A stretch of 62,146 bases of DNA, counting the filler. It is 4 parts of 4 records of this genome, joined end to end, with 100 filler letters (N's around TTAATTAATTAA, not from the genome) between each part and the next. Parts side by side here need not be neighbours in the genome. Positions count along the whole stretch, not along the records: positions 25,252 to 46,830 come from SRR31156797_3114; positions 46,931 to 54,686 come from SRR31156797_3123; 2 more parts are not named here. The stretch is one strand, 5' to 3'. Below, one piece after another: positions 40,239 to 50,698 of this stretch (positions within the stretch are counted from its first letter, which is position 1; each line of letters begins with the position of its first letter). The notes beneath the pieces are model-generated. The model was given only the letters and a program-made list of their open reading frames with translations, did no database searches and was not told where the DNA came from. A program made the position numbers and the translations under genes.

Positions 40239-41659
40239 ATTTAACCGATATGATTTTGCTGGCTTTTGCCAACCTGCGGCGCACCAAACTCCGTACTTTC
40301 CTCACCACATTGGGTGTAATCATCGGTATTGGGGCTCTCACCTCCATGGTATCCTTTGGGGAGGGAATACAAAAAAACATCACCGATGCTTTTGAGGCCA
40401 ACGACCTCTTTACCAGCGTTACCGTTTCGCCCAAACAGGTTAATTTTGACGATATTGCTTCCGGCGATGTTTCGGAGATGGCAGAGGCACTCAACCGCAA
40501 AAGCCAACCGCTTACGGACTCAATCCTCGAAGCCATCCGGGAAATTCCGGGAGTCAGGCTGGCCTACCCAAACATGGAATTTGCCGCAAGAATTCATTTG
40601 CTCGGCGACTCGGCAAGTATGCGCGTTCAGGCCATGCCCGCCGAAATGAAAACCTTCAAACCATTTGATGACCTGCTGGCAGGCGAATTTTTTCCTTCCG
40701 ATACCTCCAGGGATGTTATCATCAGAGAGGAATATCTGAACCGGCTAAAAGTAAAATTGCAGAACGATGAAGGCACCAGAAGTTTATCAAAACAGGATTC
40801 GGCAAAGGGATTTAAACTGATGTATGCGGATTCGTTGATCGGACAAAAGATCGAAATCATCACCATGACGGTAAATACCAAAAAGATTCCTTCGGCCATT
40901 TTAGGCGCTTTGCAGGATAAACCTGTGATGCCTTTTGATGAAATGGTAACGGAAATGACCATTGCCGGAATTACAAAACCTACAGGAGAGTTCGGGCGCA
41001 ATCCGTTTAATGGCGGGCTACTGATCCCTGTTGGAACAGCAAACAATATTCCCAGCCTGGGGTTTTCGAGCGTTTGGGATTTGCTGGACGATAAAAAGAA
41101 ACCGGGAACCTACAGCTCCATTCAGGTGCGAGTTGAAGATATGCAGATGATCGATCCGGTTTCGGATAAACTGCGGGAAATGGAAGTAGGTGTTTTTTCG
41201 ATTGTTGATCAACTCGACGAGATCAAGCGGGCCTTTCTGCTTATGAATTCGTTGCTGGGGGCTGTTGGCGCCATAGCGCTGATCGTAGCCGGACTGGGCA
41301 TTATCAACACCATGGTAATGTCGATCCTGGAACGCCAGCGGGAAATCGGGATCATGAAAGCCATCGGCGGCAGCGAAACCGAAATCCGGATGATCTTTTT
41401 TGTGGAGGTTGGTGTGATTGGTTTAATCGGTGCTTTGTTTGGCCTCGTGTTGGGCTGGGGCGTAACACGTATTGCAAATATGGTCATGAACTCCTATTTT
41501 CTGCCTGATGGCGTGGCACCTGTTGATATGTTCTTTTTCCCTGTTTGGTTGATTCTGGGAGCCATTGCTTTTTCTATCCTCATCAGCCTTGCAGCAGGAT
41601 TATACCCGGCAGCACGCGCCGCCAGGATCGATCCGGTGCGGGCATTGAGGCATGATTGA
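40235..41659 (+). CDS. ABC transporter permease (MacB/FtsX family)
   Basis: RTFLTTLGVIIG, large periplasmic domain, ERQREIGIMKAIG and YPAARAARIDPV.ALR. Confidence 0.92.
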   Translation: MNLTDMILLAFANLRRTKLRTFLTTLGVIIGIGALTSMVSFGEGIQKNITDAFEANDLFTSVTVSPKQVNFDDIASGDVSEMAEALNRKSQPLTDSILEAIREIPGVRLAYPNMEFAARIHLLGDSASMRVQAMPAEMKTFKPFDDLLAGEFFPSDTSRDVIIREEYLNRLKVKLQNDEGTRSLSKQDSAKGFKLMYADSLIGQKIEIITMTVNTKKIPSAILGALQDKPVMPFDEMVTEMTIAGITKPTGEFGRNPFNGGLLIPVGTANNIPSLGFSSVWDLLDDKKKPGTYSSIQVRVEDMQMIDPVSDKLREMEVGVFSIVDQLDEIKRAFLLMNSLLGAVGAIALIVAGLGIINTMVMSILERQREIGIMKAIGGSETEIRMIFFVEVGVIGLIGALFGLVLGWGVTRIANMVMNSYFLPDGVAPVDMFFFPVWLILGAIAFSILISLAAGLYPAARAARIDPVRALRHD

Positions 41660-41670
41660 TTCGTTTTTTA

Positions 41671-42801
41671 TTAACGATTACCAAACTTCAACTGCAACCA
41701 CCTTCTGAGTAGCACATCGTATACCAGGTACTGTTTTCCGAATTCATTATTTTCAACATAAATCATTTCTTTTGATAGCAATGAATCAAGGGAGCGCAAC
41801 ACGGTAGCAGAACTTCCAAGTTTATATTTATTGATAAATGCTGAGGATGTAGGCGATGTAGTAATATCCTCTAAGCCTATGGCTTTAAGTAAATTCCATT
41901 GCGGCCTGGTAAGTAAATCGCGGTATTGATAAAAAACAATTTCCTGTTCCTTTAAGATTTTAATGATTTCAAACTGGATTTTTTCATGTGAAATTATTTT
42001 TCCGGCATTAATAAACAATCTGTTGCACAATAGCTGCACGTAGTAAGTGTGTCCCGAAGCCCAATCATATACTTTTCCAGCCAGGTCATCAGCAATGCTT
42101 TTTTTATGGTTAGCAAATTGCACCTGGATAAAATCTTTATACACATCTTTTGGGATGGAACCAAAATGTAAAATCTGTGTGCTTCTGTAAAAAGGCCTGG
42201 CGGGGTCAGCAAACAATTGTGCGATAAGATGCCGCTGGCTTCCGGAAAAAATAAAAACAATATTGGGCAGTGTTTGCATTACCGAACGCAGCCAGGCATC
42301 CATGTTTTTATCAGGGTATTCCAAAATCTGTTGAAACTCATCAATGGCAATCACTATCTTTTTATTCAGCCCATTGAGGAAATTCAGCAATGCATAAATG
42401 TCATTTTCAGCTTTTTTTTCAGACCCAACAAAACTTACCTGTGGATTTCCATTAAGTGGATCGAAACTTATCACAGGCCTCAACGATTTAATAAAATTCC
42501 AGATTTTTTTTCCTATCGGTGACTTCTCTGGTGTGGCACTAACAATTGCTGCCGATAGCGTATTTACAAATTCTATTTTGTTAGTAGTGATTAAAATATC
42601 CGTGTAAATAGGAATAATTTCATCCTTTAAATGTTCAAAAACATGAAATATCAACCCGGTTTTTCCCATCCTACGTATTGCCGTAAGGGTTGTGGAATTC
42701 CTACTCCGAATATTGGAAATTACAGACTTTTTTTCGCTTTCCCTGTCACAAAAGGTTTCCGGGCCTAAATATTGGATGGTTGGAAACGGATTATCTTTCA
42801 T
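41671..42801 (-). CDS. Stand-alone P-loop ATPase (archaeal ATPase_2-like) with probable C-terminal winged helix
   Basis: NPF...F.DRE.E, Walker A variant AIRRMGKT, Walker B IAIDEFQ, SGS and GHTYYVQ; start set at MKDNPF. Confidence 0.8.
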   Translation of the reverse strand: MKDNPFPTIQYLGPETFCDRESEKKSVISNIRSRNSTTLTAIRRMGKTGLIFHVFEHLKDEIIPIYTDILITTNKIEFVNTLSAAIVSATPEKSPIGKKIWNFIKSLRPVISFDPLNGNPQVSFVGSEKKAENDIYALLNFLNGLNKKIVIAIDEFQQILEYPDKNMDAWLRSVMQTLPNIVFIFSGSQRHLIAQLFADPARPFYRSTQILHFGSIPKDVYKDFIQVQFANHKKSIADDLAGKVYDWASGHTYYVQLLCNRLFINAGKIISHEKIQFEIIKILKEQEIVFYQYRDLLTRPQWNLLKAIGLEDITTSPTSSAFINKYKLGSSATVLRSLDSLLSKEMIYVENNEFGKQYLVYDVLLRRWLQLKFGNR

Positions 42802-42806
42802 GTCGA

Positions 42807-42837
42807 CAAAGATAATCAACAATTTGTAACTAACAAA
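42807..42837 (-). promoter_or_regulatory. Bacteroidota sigma-A promoter of the ATPase gene, probably giving a leaderless mRNA
   Basis: Minus strand TTTG(42837-42834)-N19-TATCTTTG(42814-42807), 5 nt before the ATG. Confidence 0.65.
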
Positions 42838-42875
42838 ATGTAACTAACAAATTGTAAGTTACATTTTGTTAGTTG
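42825..42875. repeat. 14-bp tandem repeats plus an inverted copy over the ATPase promoter
   Basis: TGTAACTAACAAAA TGTAACTAACAAAT TGTAA, then GTTACATTTTGTTAGTT (reverse complement of 42828-42844). Confidence 0.85.
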
Positions 42876-42891
42876 AGGCAAAGGTATTGTG

Positions 42892-45399
42892 CTAATTCAA
42901 CGCAATCTTCAAATAAAGCGCCGGGGTAAATGGCATGGCCTCTGTATAGATATTTATGGATGCATTTTGAATGGCTGGTATACGTTCGAAATTTTCGTAC
43001 TTCAAGTTTTGCGTATTCAGCACATTAAGGATAGAGATACCCGTTTCAATTTGCGGTTTGGTGAGTTTAAAACGGTAGGTACATGATATATCGAGCCTGC
43101 TGTAGCTTTGCGGCTCCTCGTAACCGGCCAGGGAAAAAGTACCCAGCGGAAAACCTGAACCATAAACGTAATTTGCTGAAAAATACCAGGGATCAAAATT
43201 AAAGAGTGCAGCCAGTTTCAACTCATGGCGCTGATCGTGCAAGGCCCGGCGATATTCTTGTTTTATCTGATACTCATATTTTTCTTCCACTTTTGCCAGC
43301 GTATAAGCAATCCAGGCCTGTACATGGTCAAATTCTTTTTGTATCATCAAATCAATTCCATAGCTCTTGCTGTCGCCTTCAAAAACGTCCTCGATATTGA
43401 ATTTTTGGGAGTTGATATACCTTGAGATACCCTGCGTGGTTTTGTAAAAACCTTCGAGGCTAAAAATGAATTTGTTGAAGTTGTATGAAGTTCCGGCAAC
43501 ATAATGCGTCGAACTTGTTGCCGGAATATCCTGATTGTTGGCCAAAGCCCTGATGTAGCGGTAATTCCCGTTTTCATCCAACACAGAGGTGTTTACCAAA
43601 AATTGGTTGTAGATGCCCCATGCAGTATTGAATTTCCAGTTTTCGGCAAACTTGAGAGAAGCAGAGATCCTGGGTTCCGGGAAAAACGTTTTCATGTTAT
43701 CAGCATAACTCATGCGCATCCCGATTTTGAGATTGCTGCCCTTGTTGCTTGAAATCACATCCTGAAAAAACAAATACCCACGCGTGGCAGTGTTCTGAAT
43801 ATCGACAAGGTTAACATTGAAAGTATCTTCAACCAGCCCGATCTGGTTATGATAAAACCCGCCACCGAATTTAAAGGTCTGGCTTTTGGTTACCGTGAAA
43901 ATATTTTCTACGTCCAGGTTGTATTCATCCACCCTGTTGGAGCTGATAAAATCCTGCGTGGTGTTTTCGTATTGGAATTGCTCATTTTCAAATCGCTGCA
44001 AATTACTGAATTCCGACTTCATCTGTGTTCCTGCAAATTTAAAATTGGTGGAGTTCCCGTTTTTCCAACGCTTTCCATAAAAGATGGCTCCACCATATTG
44101 CTCAACCTTTTCGCCGGTATTTTTGATGAAACTTACGTTCTGAAGCGGCTCATTCACGGCATATGAAAAATCATCACCCGACCCATTAAGGCTCACATAA
44201 AACAGGTCTCCTGATTTCGAAACATTTGAAAACCTGAAATTCAGATCACGAAAACTGTAATCCGGTTCTACGGTTACATCCCTGGAGTTGTCGTTTTGGT
44301 CCTGGTTCCTTCTCAAATCAACTTCCAGCGGATTATACAAGTCAAAATACGTTTGTCGGAAAGAGAGCAATACCGAACTGCGGTTTTTCACAATAGGTGC
44401 TTCTACTACCCCATTCAGCGTCATATTACTCATGGAAACTTCAAATGCCGGTTTCTGCATATTCCCATTTCGCCCGGTAACTTCAACAATTCCACTCACA
44501 CGTTCGCCATATCGCACATCATAACCACCTTTGAAAATATTGATGTCTTTGGTGATGAGGGGATTGAAAACACTGATGTTGTCGTTGAAGTTTTTAAGTC
44601 CATAAAGTGTGAAGCCGTCAAAAGTCACTTTGCTCTGCCCGGCATACCCGCCCCAGATCACCGGCTCTCCTGATTGTTCTCCCGAGGCCAGGATTCCGGG
44701 TTGCAGCCGCATGAGGTTGTACACCGAATTATCTCCAAATCCGGGCAGGAAGTTCGCTGTTTTGTGATTCAGTTTCTCTACACCAGGCTGCTGTCCGATC
44801 TGGGTGCCTTTTTCAATTTCCTTATCGGTAATCACCACTTCCTTTAATCCGATTACCGATGGAAACAAAAATAGTTTATGGTCTCCCTCACCAACAAAAA
44901 CCGTATCCAAAATGTAATATCCCAGTTGGCTGGCCTTTAATTCGTAAATGCTGTCGCCTTCTGAAACGAATGAAAAATTGCCGGTAATATCTGTCGCCAT
45001 TGCATGCCCATTTATGGTAACGTGTGAATAAGGCAAAGGCTCCCGTGTTGCCGATTCCAGAATTTGGCCTGAGAGCCTGAAGCTTTTTTGCTCTGGCTTT
45101 TCCTCAGGTTCTTTACTTTGATAAATCACCATAACTCCTCCGACAGTTTCAAGAGAAATTGGGAATGGCTTGACGATATGTTTGATGGCTTCTTCGGTGG
45201 AGGCAAATTCCTGATTCATCGAAACAAAATATGCCGAAAGCAACTCATCATCAAATGAGATGTGCAGATTGTGCTCCGTGCTGATTTCCTGCAGAAGCTT
45301 GTTCAGCGGTACATTATCAGCATTAATTTGCACAGGTTGGGAATGCGCAAAAAATGCCCATCCAAAAATCAAGGAAAATGAAATTGCAAACCTCTGCAT
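42892..45399 (-). CDS. TonB-dependent receptor/transducer with N-terminal signalling extension
   Basis: Signal peptide, STN-like domain, carboxypeptidase-regulatory-like domain, plug (LQPG, GG..RYGERVSG) and beta-barrel; start set at MQRFAI. Confidence 0.85.
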   Translation of the reverse strand: MQRFAISFSLIFGWAFFAHSQPVQINADNVPLNKLLQEISTEHNLHISFDDELLSAYFVSMNQEFASTEEAIKHIVKPFPISLETVGGVMVIYQSKEPEEKPEQKSFRLSGQILESATREPLPYSHVTINGHAMATDITGNFSFVSEGDSIYELKASQLGYYILDTVFVGEGDHKLFLFPSVIGLKEVVITDKEIEKGTQIGQQPGVEKLNHKTANFLPGFGDNSVYNLMRLQPGILASGEQSGEPVIWGGYAGQSKVTFDGFTLYGLKNFNDNISVFNPLITKDINIFKGGYDVRYGERVSGIVEVTGRNGNMQKPAFEVSMSNMTLNGVVEAPIVKNRSSVLLSFRQTYFDLYNPLEVDLRRNQDQNDNSRDVTVEPDYSFRDLNFRFSNVSKSGDLFYVSLNGSGDDFSYAVNEPLQNVSFIKNTGEKVEQYGGAIFYGKRWKNGNSTNFKFAGTQMKSEFSNLQRFENEQFQYENTTQDFISSNRVDEYNLDVENIFTVTKSQTFKFGGGFYHNQIGLVEDTFNVNLVDIQNTATRGYLFFQDVISSNKGSNLKIGMRMSYADNMKTFFPEPRISASLKFAENWKFNTAWGIYNQFLVNTSVLDENGNYRYIRALANNQDIPATSSTHYVAGTSYNFNKFIFSLEGFYKTTQGISRYINSQKFNIEDVFEGDSKSYGIDLMIQKEFDHVQAWIAYTLAKVEEKYEYQIKQEYRRALHDQRHELKLAALFNFDPWYFSANYVYGSGFPLGTFSLAGYEEPQSYSRLDISCTYRFKLTKPQIETGISILNVLNTQNLKYENFERIPAIQNASINIYTEAMPFTPALYLKIALN

Positions 45400-45407
45400 A
45401 TTGGTTT

Positions 45408-46271
45408 TTACCTTTGAATGATCAGATACTTTCGATCCGATTGCTTTACAAAAGTAAGACCAAATGGCTTGCAAATGATGGATAAAGGAATTTCGATATT
45501 GTTGCTTTTGGGGAAATAACCCGTATAAACTTTGCTGATTGGTTGCTCAATGTTTATTTCAACATCGTATTGGCGTTCAAGCTCTTCAAATACCTCGATT
45601 AATGGAACTGACGAAAAACTGAACATATCATCTCGCCAATCGGGTTTATCTGTTGGTTTTTCAATTTTGTTTACCACAATATTTCCTGATGGATCAATTT
45701 CGGCGTGATAATCCGGGGTTAAAATTACCTCCTTTTCAGTGATTGAAATTACTTTTACTTTGCCGGTGAAACAGGTAACCTTGTAATCATTTTTCCGGTT
45801 ATAGATGTTGAAACTTGTTCCGAGGACAGCAGTAGTTCCATTTGTTGATACAACCTCAAGGGTTTCACCCTTGGCGATTTCAAAAAAACCTTCACCTGAA
45901 AATTCGAGGCTGCGGTTGAAATTCCACCAAAATGGATGATATTTCAAAGTGCTTTCAGCGTTCAATTCAACGATAGATTTATCCGGGAGTGTTACGATTT
46001 TCTGCTGGCCGGCGCTGGTGGAAATGGTATGGGAATAAAACCTGAATACCAGAGAAGTACTTAGCAGAACGAGAATCGCCGCAGCAGCGGCCATAAACAC
46101 CTTTGAATTGATAAAGTCCACCTTTTTACCTGTTGGGGCTTCGTTGAGTTTTTCTTCCATCTTTGCCCAAACATCCTGCTTATCTGAATCGTAGGGGATT
46201 TCCAATTTCGAGAAAAACGGCTCATCAAAGTTTGCCGACTGCTTATTAATATGTTGATCTTCGTTTTTCAT
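45408..46271 (-). CDS. FecR-family anti-sigma factor
   Basis: Single TM; LPDKS.V.LNAES.L, GEGFFEI and VLGTSFN motifs. Confidence 0.9.
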   Translation of the reverse strand: MKNEDQHINKQSANFDEPFFSKLEIPYDSDKQDVWAKMEEKLNEAPTGKKVDFINSKVFMAAAAAILVLLSTSLVFRFYSHTISTSAGQQKIVTLPDKSIVELNAESTLKYHPFWWNFNRSLEFSGEGFFEIAKGETLEVVSTNGTTAVLGTSFNIYNRKNDYKVTCFTGKVKVISITEKEVILTPDYHAEIDPSGNIVVNKIEKPTDKPDWRDDMFSFSSVPLIEVFEELERQYDVEINIEQPISKVYTGYFPKSNNIEIPLSIICKPFGLTFVKQSDRKYLIIQR

Positions 46272-46272
46272 A

Positions 46273-46758
46273 CTACCGGTTCAGCTTAAGTTTGATATGT
46301 GCCAGGGCCAGGTTCATACGTTTTTCAACGGCCTTAATTCCGATTCCGAGGTTAGCTGCAATTTCATGATATTTCATCCCGTCCAGGCGGCTCATCAAAA
46401 AAACGGTTCGTTGTTTTTCGGGCAAACTCTTTAGCGATTTTTCATAGGTGTGTTTTAATTCTTCAAATTCTATTTTACTTTCGGGAGATTCAAAAGTTTC
46501 ATAGCTTTTCAGTGACAGCTGAAAGTTTATTTCTGTTTGCTTTTTTCTGTAAGAACTCACAAATGCATCCCCGGCAATTTTAAAAAGCAAGGGCTTGATT
46601 CTATCTGATTTTAATTTGAACTGTTTCTCCCAAACCTTCATAAAAGTTTCCTGGGCAATGTCGGTAGCAAGCTCCTGATCACCTGAGCGGTAATAGATGT
46701 AATTTCTTACCGCATCAAATTTATCCTCAAAAATTTCCCTGAACTGATCCTTTGTCAA
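46273..46758 (-). CDS. ECF sigma-70 factor
   Basis: A.DIAQETF.K.W region 2; LPEKQRTVFLMSR...YHEIA region 4. Confidence 0.92.
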   Translation of the reverse strand: MTKDQFREIFEDKFDAVRNYIYYRSGDQELATDIAQETFMKVWEKQFKLKSDRIKPLLFKIAGDAFVSSYRKKQTEINFQLSLKSYETFESPESKIEFEELKHTYEKSLKSLPEKQRTVFLMSRLDGMKYHEIAANLGIGIKAVEKRMNLALAHIKLKLNR

Positions 46759-46830
46759 GCGCTTACTATTTTGGTTATTCAGTCCTCAAAATTAATCAAT
46801 CCCAACTTGGACAAGCCAAAACCAAAAAGG

Positions 46831-46930
46831 NNNNNNNNNNNNNNNNNNNNNNNNNNNNNNNNNNNNNNNNNNNNTTAATTAATTAANNNNNNNNNNNNNN
46901 NNNNNNNNNNNNNNNNNNNNNNNNNNNNNN
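46831..46930. other. Artificial contig-joining spacer
   Basis: N44-TTAATTAATTAA-N44. Confidence 0.98.
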
Positions 46931-47644
46931 TTCTTCCATTTGCAGAAACACATCCGTGAAATTGTGAGGATCATGCGAAAGGCTGGGCGGCAAAACAATA
47001 GCCGCCGGTCTTGTAATAAGCGGGTTGGCGTTGGGAATTTCAGTCAAAAGCCTGGTCAGCATCACCTGGGTTACGGCGCTGTAGAGCTCAAACAACATCA
47101 TGCCCGGACGGCACACTTCCAACAATTTTTCATGCCCTTCACTAATTACCTGGCAGGCATGAACATAACGGCCGATTTCAAAATCGGTCTTGATAAGACG
47201 GACCTCATCTATAATATCGGTCTTTATTTTGACGCCCGGTGTGCGGTCATAAATCCTCAGGGTCATAGCCGATTCCACACCCACTCGCGTATCTTCTTTA
47301 ATCAAAGGCGCATAGATGTCAAACCAGCTTTCTCCTGCCGGGGCCGGATATTCAAAATAAGGAATTAATTCGAGATGACATTTTGCGCGCGTTTTTACAT
47401 GCGGCTCTTCCAGAAGCGGTACAACGAACTTAAGATCGCCCTCCCTGGGGATGATAAGAATAAAAGGGCGTTCATGCACATAATTATAAAAATTGGTCAG
47501 GTAATAGATATTGACCGGATCAAAAGAAACGTATACATCCAGGTTTTCCAGCTCCATTAAATTTCTTACTTTTTCCAGTCTCCCGGCCAGTTCCTTTTCA
47601 TCGGGAGCAGCAGTGACGGCTTGCAGGTTCCGACTCATCAGCAT
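46931..47644 (-). CDS. M24-family (creatinase/Xaa-Pro peptidase-like) hydrolase, 3'-truncated
   Basis: NIYYLTNF, ERPF and RLIKTDFEI; clear paralogue of 50699-51868. Confidence 0.85.
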
Positions 47645-47672
47645 CCTCCTTTAGCAATCATATGTTGTAAGG

Positions 47673-48962
47673 TTATTTTGCTAATTCAAGCATTTTGGAA
47701 AGCACTTTCTTGCCGAGTTCGGAATCTTCCCTGTCCGGGCAATGAAATCCATCCGGAACAAAAATATAGCTATCCGCCATTTCTTTATTTTCCGGTTCGA
47801 GTCCTATTTTTTTCCAGGGATCCATTCCGCCCACAACATAAACCTGGGGGATCTTTATTTTCTCGATCATAGCCCTGGGATTCCAGGAAGGGTCGGGCGC
47901 CGCGGGCGGATCCTCTCCAAACATAGCCTTGCATTCGCTGATAATGTCATCTTCACTTTTTGAAAAAATACCATCCCGGTCCCTGGAAATGTGAAACACG
48001 CCTGTTTCATGACACTGCTGATATTTCCAGGTGTACCAATTATGCTTGCCGGTTACGGCCTCGGTCCGATTCAGCCCCTGTTTGCCGAATGATAAAGCGG
48101 AAGTCCAGCCGGCTTCATTGGCCACGAGCCGATCCAGCCAACGAAGCATATCAACGAACGACCGGGTGGGCAGGTATGATAAAATGCTTAATACCGGCCT
48201 CAACGAAGTATAATCCTTGTACTGGCTTACACCTATAGACATGCAGATAAGAAATTCCCTTTCGTACCAGGTGTCGTCAAACATTTTTTCAGGGATTAAA
48301 TTTCCGATGTGTCCGGCCAGCCGCTCATATAAACCTTGGCCCAGGTTGATTTTCACCTGCTCTTCATATTCGTAAAGAAAAAAAGGCCAATCCACTACAG
48401 CGCTGGAAGCCAGGATCACCTTGACATCTTCAGGATATTCATAAGCGAAATTGATTACCAGCCCTCCGCCGTAACTGTAACCGGCCGCCATCCAGGGGCC
48501 GTTGTATTCCTTTTTGAGCGTCTCGACAACCCGGTGATAATCGGCCAGGGCCTGGTCTATTCGTAAATATTCGGGCGTCGACTGGTCGTCATCTGTGATG
48601 CTCTGCCCATATCCCCGATGTTCCGCCTGAACAAAAATAACATCATCCGGCGCGCCATAGGCAAAGTACCATTTTCTTAGTTTTTCCTCCGTATGATCCG
48701 ATTCGTTGCCCAGAATAAAGAAGACAGGGGAATCAGTTTTTGCGCCGTTCGGGACCAATATCTTGATTTCCTGGTTGTAAGTTTTGCCGTCAGGATTTCC
48801 ATGGTCCACCGGCTGTTTTAAAGTGCGGGTCATAATTCTGCAATTGCAATCGCCTTCATATTCTTTTTCACCTGAAAAAAGAAACCACATCGCCCCGCCG
48901 ACAACAACCGGAATAAGGCAAAACAGGATGAGTACTCCCCATATTATTCGTCTTTTCTTCAT
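47673..48962 (-). CDS. S28-family serine peptidase, membrane-anchored or exported
   Basis: EHRGYGQS, QALAD, GYSYGG nucleophile, DPW and HCPD; N-terminal hydrophobic segment. Confidence 0.85.
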   Translation of the reverse strand: MKKRRIIWGVLILFCLIPVVVGGAMWFLFSGEKEYEGDCNCRIMTRTLKQPVDHGNPDGKTYNQEIKILVPNGAKTDSPVFFILGNESDHTEEKLRKWYFAYGAPDDVIFVQAEHRGYGQSITDDDQSTPEYLRIDQALADYHRVVETLKKEYNGPWMAAGYSYGGGLVINFAYEYPEDVKVILASSAVVDWPFFLYEYEEQVKINLGQGLYERLAGHIGNLIPEKMFDDTWYEREFLICMSIGVSQYKDYTSLRPVLSILSYLPTRSFVDMLRWLDRLVANEAGWTSALSFGKQGLNRTEAVTGKHNWYTWKYQQCHETGVFHISRDRDGIFSKSEDDIISECKAMFGEDPPAAPDPSWNPRAMIEKIKIPQVYVVGGMDPWKKIGLEPENKEMADSYIFVPDGFHCPDREDSELGKKVLSKMLELAK

Positions 48963-48964
48963 GC

Positions 48965-50401
48965 TTATTTCCCTTCAGACGCTATTTTTTCCATTTGCAA
49001 TTCGCTTCCAACTTCAGGAACCGCTTTTTTTGTGGTGAGCAATGTCATGATTATCAGAGTCAATATTGCAATAGGCACGGCCAGGGCCGATCCCGCCATT
49101 CCGAAAGGTTTGTATAAAACCAATGTAGATACGACGCCGACGACCATGGAGGATATGCCGCCGATTTTATTAACCCGGGGCCACAGAAAAACCGCCAGCA
49201 CGGCCGGTGTGATTCCGGCGCCATAAACCAGGTAAGAGGTCATCTGTATTTTTAAAATAGTGGGAAAAAACATCAGCAGAACATAGGCCAGCACGCCCAG
49301 GACCGGTATGGACAGTTTTGTAAACCAAAGGATTTCCCTGGATCCGGCATTGGGACGAAAGAATCTGACGTATACGTCATATGTTAGCGACGTGGCCCCG
49401 GAAAGCAGGTATGAGTTGCCGGTCGTCACCACAAACGCGACCACGGCGGCCAGCATAATTCCCCCGAACAATGTCGGCATGACGGTCGAAACGGAAATAA
49501 GGGCCATTCCCGGAGCGATATCAGGAAAGATGGACCTGGCGACCATGGCGATAAATGGGATTACCGGAGACACCAGGGCCAGGCCGATAAACCAGAATAT
49601 GATTCCTGACTTGGCTGATTTTTCACCGCTGGACGAAGCCAGCCTCTGGTAGATGTTCTGGTCCCCCAGCACCAGGAAAATCATGGGCAGCATGTACCCG
49701 ATCATTTCAAAGATGGAAAGGGATCCGGCCGGCCCAAGGTTTTGCGGCGGAAGATTGGCCGCGATATTATCCCATCCGCCTGCTGCAATAAGAACCGACG
49801 GCAAGGCGACGAACAACCCCAGGATCATTAAAAATGCGCTCAAGGCATCGGTCGGGGCAATGGCCATCAACCCGCCGATAACAGCAAGAAAAATGATTAA
49901 TACAGCGGCAATGATCGTGCCCAGCTCCACGGAAACGCCGGTGGTTACATTCAATACAAAAGCAAGCCCCTTGAACTGGTAGGAGACGATTCCAATGTAT
50001 GCCAGAATAATGATAATCGCGGACAACACTTTGGCGCCCTGTCCATATTGCGTTTCCAGGATCTGGGATATGGTGTACTTGCCAAAGGCCCTGATTTTAG
50101 GAGCGATCAGGTATAAAACTCCAATACCGATGACGCCGACCGGCAGGGTAATTATGGTCGCGGCCCAAAATCCGTGGGAATAGCCCAGGGAATTTGCTCC
50201 GCCGGTAACGGTTCCGCTTCCGGTGAACGTGGCGAGCAAGGTTCCGGCCAATACCACCGGGCCCAGGGTGCGGCCGGCCAGGATAAAATCGTCGCTGCTT
50301 TCTATACGGCGGGAAAACCAGATCCCCAGCGCAACCATGATCAGCCCGTAAGTGATAACAAACCACAACAGCGTCGGATTTGGCGTCAGCGTCATATTCA
50401 T
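48965..50401 (-). CDS. Sodium:solute symporter (SSS/PutP family)
   Basis: DFILAGR.LG, about 13 TMs, GGL.A...TD and YQR...S motifs. Confidence 0.9.
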   Translation of the reverse strand: MNMTLTPNPTLLWFVITYGLIMVALGIWFSRRIESSDDFILAGRTLGPVVLAGTLLATFTGSGTVTGGANSLGYSHGFWAATIITLPVGVIGIGVLYLIAPKIRAFGKYTISQILETQYGQGAKVLSAIIIILAYIGIVSYQFKGLAFVLNVTTGVSVELGTIIAAVLIIFLAVIGGLMAIAPTDALSAFLMILGLFVALPSVLIAAGGWDNIAANLPPQNLGPAGSLSIFEMIGYMLPMIFLVLGDQNIYQRLASSSGEKSAKSGIIFWFIGLALVSPVIPFIAMVARSIFPDIAPGMALISVSTVMPTLFGGIMLAAVVAFVVTTGNSYLLSGATSLTYDVYVRFFRPNAGSREILWFTKLSIPVLGVLAYVLLMFFPTILKIQMTSYLVYGAGITPAVLAVFLWPRVNKIGGISSMVVGVVSTLVLYKPFGMAGSALAVPIAILTLIIMTLLTTKKAVPEVGSELQMEKIASEGK

Positions 50402-50698
50402 ACTCCTTCATGGGGCTACACTAAAAAATAAATTATTAAAGAGGATTAGCAGTGATGGCCTACTCAAATACCCTGGCCGCCAAAGCTTTACCCAGCCCTT
50501 ACTCATGCCGGATCAAGGCGGTGTAATTGTCTAAACTTTAAATAAAATTGAATAGAGATACGGGCGACTGATTCTAAACAGAATCAGGGCCCGAACAAGT
50601 TCATACTTAAGAATATTCGATAAAGGATCGATTGTATGTCATCGTACCTTCACGTCATTCAGCATGACGAATTAACAATAAAAATAATAATCGGCCCA

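Noticed and set aside
50402-50698. Possible riboswitch upstream of the SSS transporter
   Set aside because: Only one hairpin (about 50561-50593) is visible and I recognise no riboswitch consensus; an Rfam scan would be needed.
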